Part shown: positions 61,424 through 64,000 of the stretch, piece by piece
How positions within the stretch are numbered: position 1 is the stretch's first letter
Layout: each line of letters begins with the position of its first letter
Source: the human T2T-CHM13v2.0 reference genome, Homo sapiens
DNA length: 64,000 bases
Direction: 5' to 3' (one strand)
Assembly (NCBI RefSeq): GCF_009914755.1
Contig: NC_060930.1
Notes under the pieces: generated by a model
The model's input: the letters and a program-made list of their open reading frames with translations, nothing else
Database searches by the model: none
Told to the model about the DNA's origin: nothing
Translations under genes and position numbers: made by a program

Positions 61424-63837
61424 TATATTATTCCATTCTCACACTGCTATAAAGAACTACCTGAAACTGGGTCATCTTTGAAGAAAAGAGTCTTAATTGA
61501 CTCACAGTTCCACAGGCTGTACAGGAGGCATGGCTGGGGAGGCCTCAGGAAACTTACAATCATGGCAGAAGGTGACAGGGATGCCAGCACGTCTTCACAT
61601 GGTGGCAGGTGAGAGACAGAACGAAGGCGGAGGTGCTACACACTTTTAAAAGAAGCAGGTCTCATGAGAATTCCATCACAAGACAGCACTAGAAGGATGG
61701 TGCTAAACCACTAGAAACCACCCTTATGATTCACCTTTCACCAGGCCCCACCTCCAACACTCAGTATCACAATTCAACATGAGATTTGGGTAAGTACACA
61801 GAACCAAACCATATCATTTTGCACCTGGCCTTTACCAAATGTCATGTCCTTTTCACGTTTCAAAAAACAATTATGCCTTCCCAAGAATCCTCCAAATTCT
61901 TAACTCATTCCAGAATTAACTCAAAAGTCCCAGTCCAAAGTCTCATCTGAGACAAGGCAAGTACTACTCCTCTGCCTATGAGCCTGTAAAATAAAGAAAC
62001 AAGTTAGTTAGTTCCAAGATACAGTGCAGGTACAGGCATTGAGTAAATGCTCCCATTCCAAAAGGGAGAAATTGGCCAAAACAAAGGGGCTATAGGCCTC
62101 TTGCAAGCAAAACCCAGGAAGGCAGTCATTTAATCTCCAAGCTCCAAAATACTCTCCTTTGACTCCATGTCTCACATCCAAGGCACACTGATGCAAGGGG
62201 TGGGCTCCCAAGGCCTTGGGCAGCTCTGCCTCTGTGGCTTTGCAGGGTACAACCCCCAAAGCTACTTTCATGGGCTGGGATTGAGTGCCTGCAGCTTTTT
62301 CAGGCGAACAGTGCATGCTGTCAGTGGATCTATCATCCTGGGGTCTGGAAGATGGTGGCTCTCTTCTCACAGCTCCATTAGGCAGTGCCCCAGTGGGAAC
62401 TTGGTGGGAGCTCCAACCCCACATTTCACCTTCACACTGCCCTTGTAGAGGTTCTTCATGAGGGATCCAGTCCTGCAGCAGACTTCTGCCTGGACATCCA
62501 GGTGTTTCCATACATCCTCTGAAATCTAGGCAGAGGCTCCCAAGTCTCAACTCTTGCCCTTTGCATACCCACAGGCCCAACACCATAGGGAAGCCATCAA
62601 GACTTGGGGCTTACACCCTCTGAAGCAATGACCTGAGCTGTACTGTGGCCCCTTTTAGCCATGGCTGAAACGGGAGCAGCTGGGATGCAGGGCACCATGT
62701 CCCAAGGCTGCACAGAGCAGTAAGGCCCTGGACCTGGCCCACGAAACCATTTCTCCCTCCTAGGCCTCTGGGCCTGTAATAGGAAGGGCTGCTATGAAGG
62801 TCTCTGAAATGTCTTAGAGGGATTTTCCCCATTGTCTTGGCTATTAATATTTGGCTCCTTTTTACTTATGTAAATTTCTGCAGCTGGCTTGAATTACTTC
62901 CCAGAAAATAGGTTTTTCTTTTCTACTACATGGCAGGTTGAAAAATTTCCAAGCTTTTATACTCTGCTTTCCTTTTAAATATAAGTTCCAATATCAAACC
63001 ACCTCTTCGGAAATGCATATGAGCATATGCTGTTAGAAGCAGCCAGGTCACTTCTTGAATGCTTTGCTGCTTTGAAATTTCTTCCACCAGATACTCTAAA
63101 TAATCTCTCTCAAGTTCAAAGTTTCACAGATCCCTAGAGCAGGGGCACAATGCCACCAGTCTCTTTGCTGAAGCATAGCAAGAATGACCTTTACTCCAGT
63201 TCCCAATAAGTTCCTCATCTCCCTCTAAGACCTCCTTGGCCTGGACTTCATTGTCCATATCTCACTATCAGTATTTTGGTCAAAGCCATTCAACAAGTCT
63301 CTAGGAAGTTCCAAACTTTCCCTTATCTTCTTGTCTTCTTCTGAGCCTTCCAAACTGTTCCAACCTCTGCCCATCCAAAGCTGCTTCCACATTTTCAGGT
63401 ATCTTTTGTAGCAATGCCCCACTTCTCTGATACCAATTTCCTATATTAGTCCATTCTCACACTGCTATAAAGAACTATCTGAGACTGGGTAATCTATGAA
63501 GAAAAGAGGTTTAATTGACTCACAATTCTGCAGGCTGTACAGGAGGCATGGCTGGGGAGGCCTCAGAAAACTTACAATCATGGCAGAAGGTGAAGGGGAA
63601 GCCAGCACATCTTCATATGATGGCAGGTAAGAAAGAATGAAAGGGGAGGTGCTACACACTTTTAAAAGAAGCAGATCTCATGAGAATTCCATCATGAGAT
63701 AGCAGTGGAGAGATGGTGCTAAACCATTAGAAACCACCCCCATGATCCAATCACCTCCCTCCAGGCCCCACTTCCAACACTCAGGGTCACAATCCAACAT
63801 GAGATTTGGGTGGGGACACAAGAGCCAAACCACATCA
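61424..63837 (-). mobile_element. Full-length MSTA (MaLR) provirus: LTR 61424-61816, internal 61817-63441, LTR 63442-63837
   Basis: Two ~395-bp LTRs about 90% identical by eye, MaLR internal sequence, and 5-bp TSD AGTAG (61419-61423 / 63838-63842). Confidence 0.9.
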
Positions 63838-63897
63838 AGTAGTAAGTAAATACGGCAAAGTATATGAAATTAAAAATACAAAAATCAATTCTGTTTT

Positions 63898-64000
63898 CTT
63901 TTTTAAATTTTACAGGCAGGGTCTTGCTCTGTTTACCTAGGCTGGAGTGCAGTGGCACAATTATAGCTCACTGCAGCCTCAAATTCCTTGGCTCAAGCAA
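63898..64000 (-). mobile_element. AluJ, cut by the window edge
   Basis: Alu consensus match. Confidence 0.8.

Noticed and set aside
62008-62586. 192-aa ORF
   Set aside because: Degenerate MaLR internal sequence.

Overview
Primate (most likely human) genomic DNA containing the complete RSPH3 gene (radial spoke head 3, a motile-cilia AKAP) on the minus strand. It has 8 coding exons with GT-AG introns whose phases join without frameshift: 418 aa from the ATG at 37161, or 560 aa from the upstream in-frame ATG at 37587. Exon 1 lies in a CpG island that contains a perfect RFX X-box. The rest of the window is largely interspersed repeats: about 36 Alus, old L1, L2 and MIR, MaLR/ERVL solo LTRs with TSDs, a full-length MSTA provirus and DNA-transposon relics. 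Repeat subfamily names are from recall of consensus sequences and their boundaries are approximate. I found no new protein-coding system. The most notable unexplained structures are three locally templated insertions around the promoter. (1) An Alu right arm plus ~190 bp of its flank from 49.7-49.9 kb was copied, inverted, into another Alu in intron 2 (~88% identical). (2) A 95-bp copy of RSPH3 exon 1, including the MASALT start codon, sits in an L2 3.4 kb upstream between 9-bp direct repeats (~87% identical). (3) A chain of overlapping perfect inverted repeats lies in intron 1. Other candidates are inverted Alus in the long 3' UTR, an antisense MLT2A1 LTR in intron 2 and a STAT/RUNX/PU.1 motif cluster at ~51 kb.
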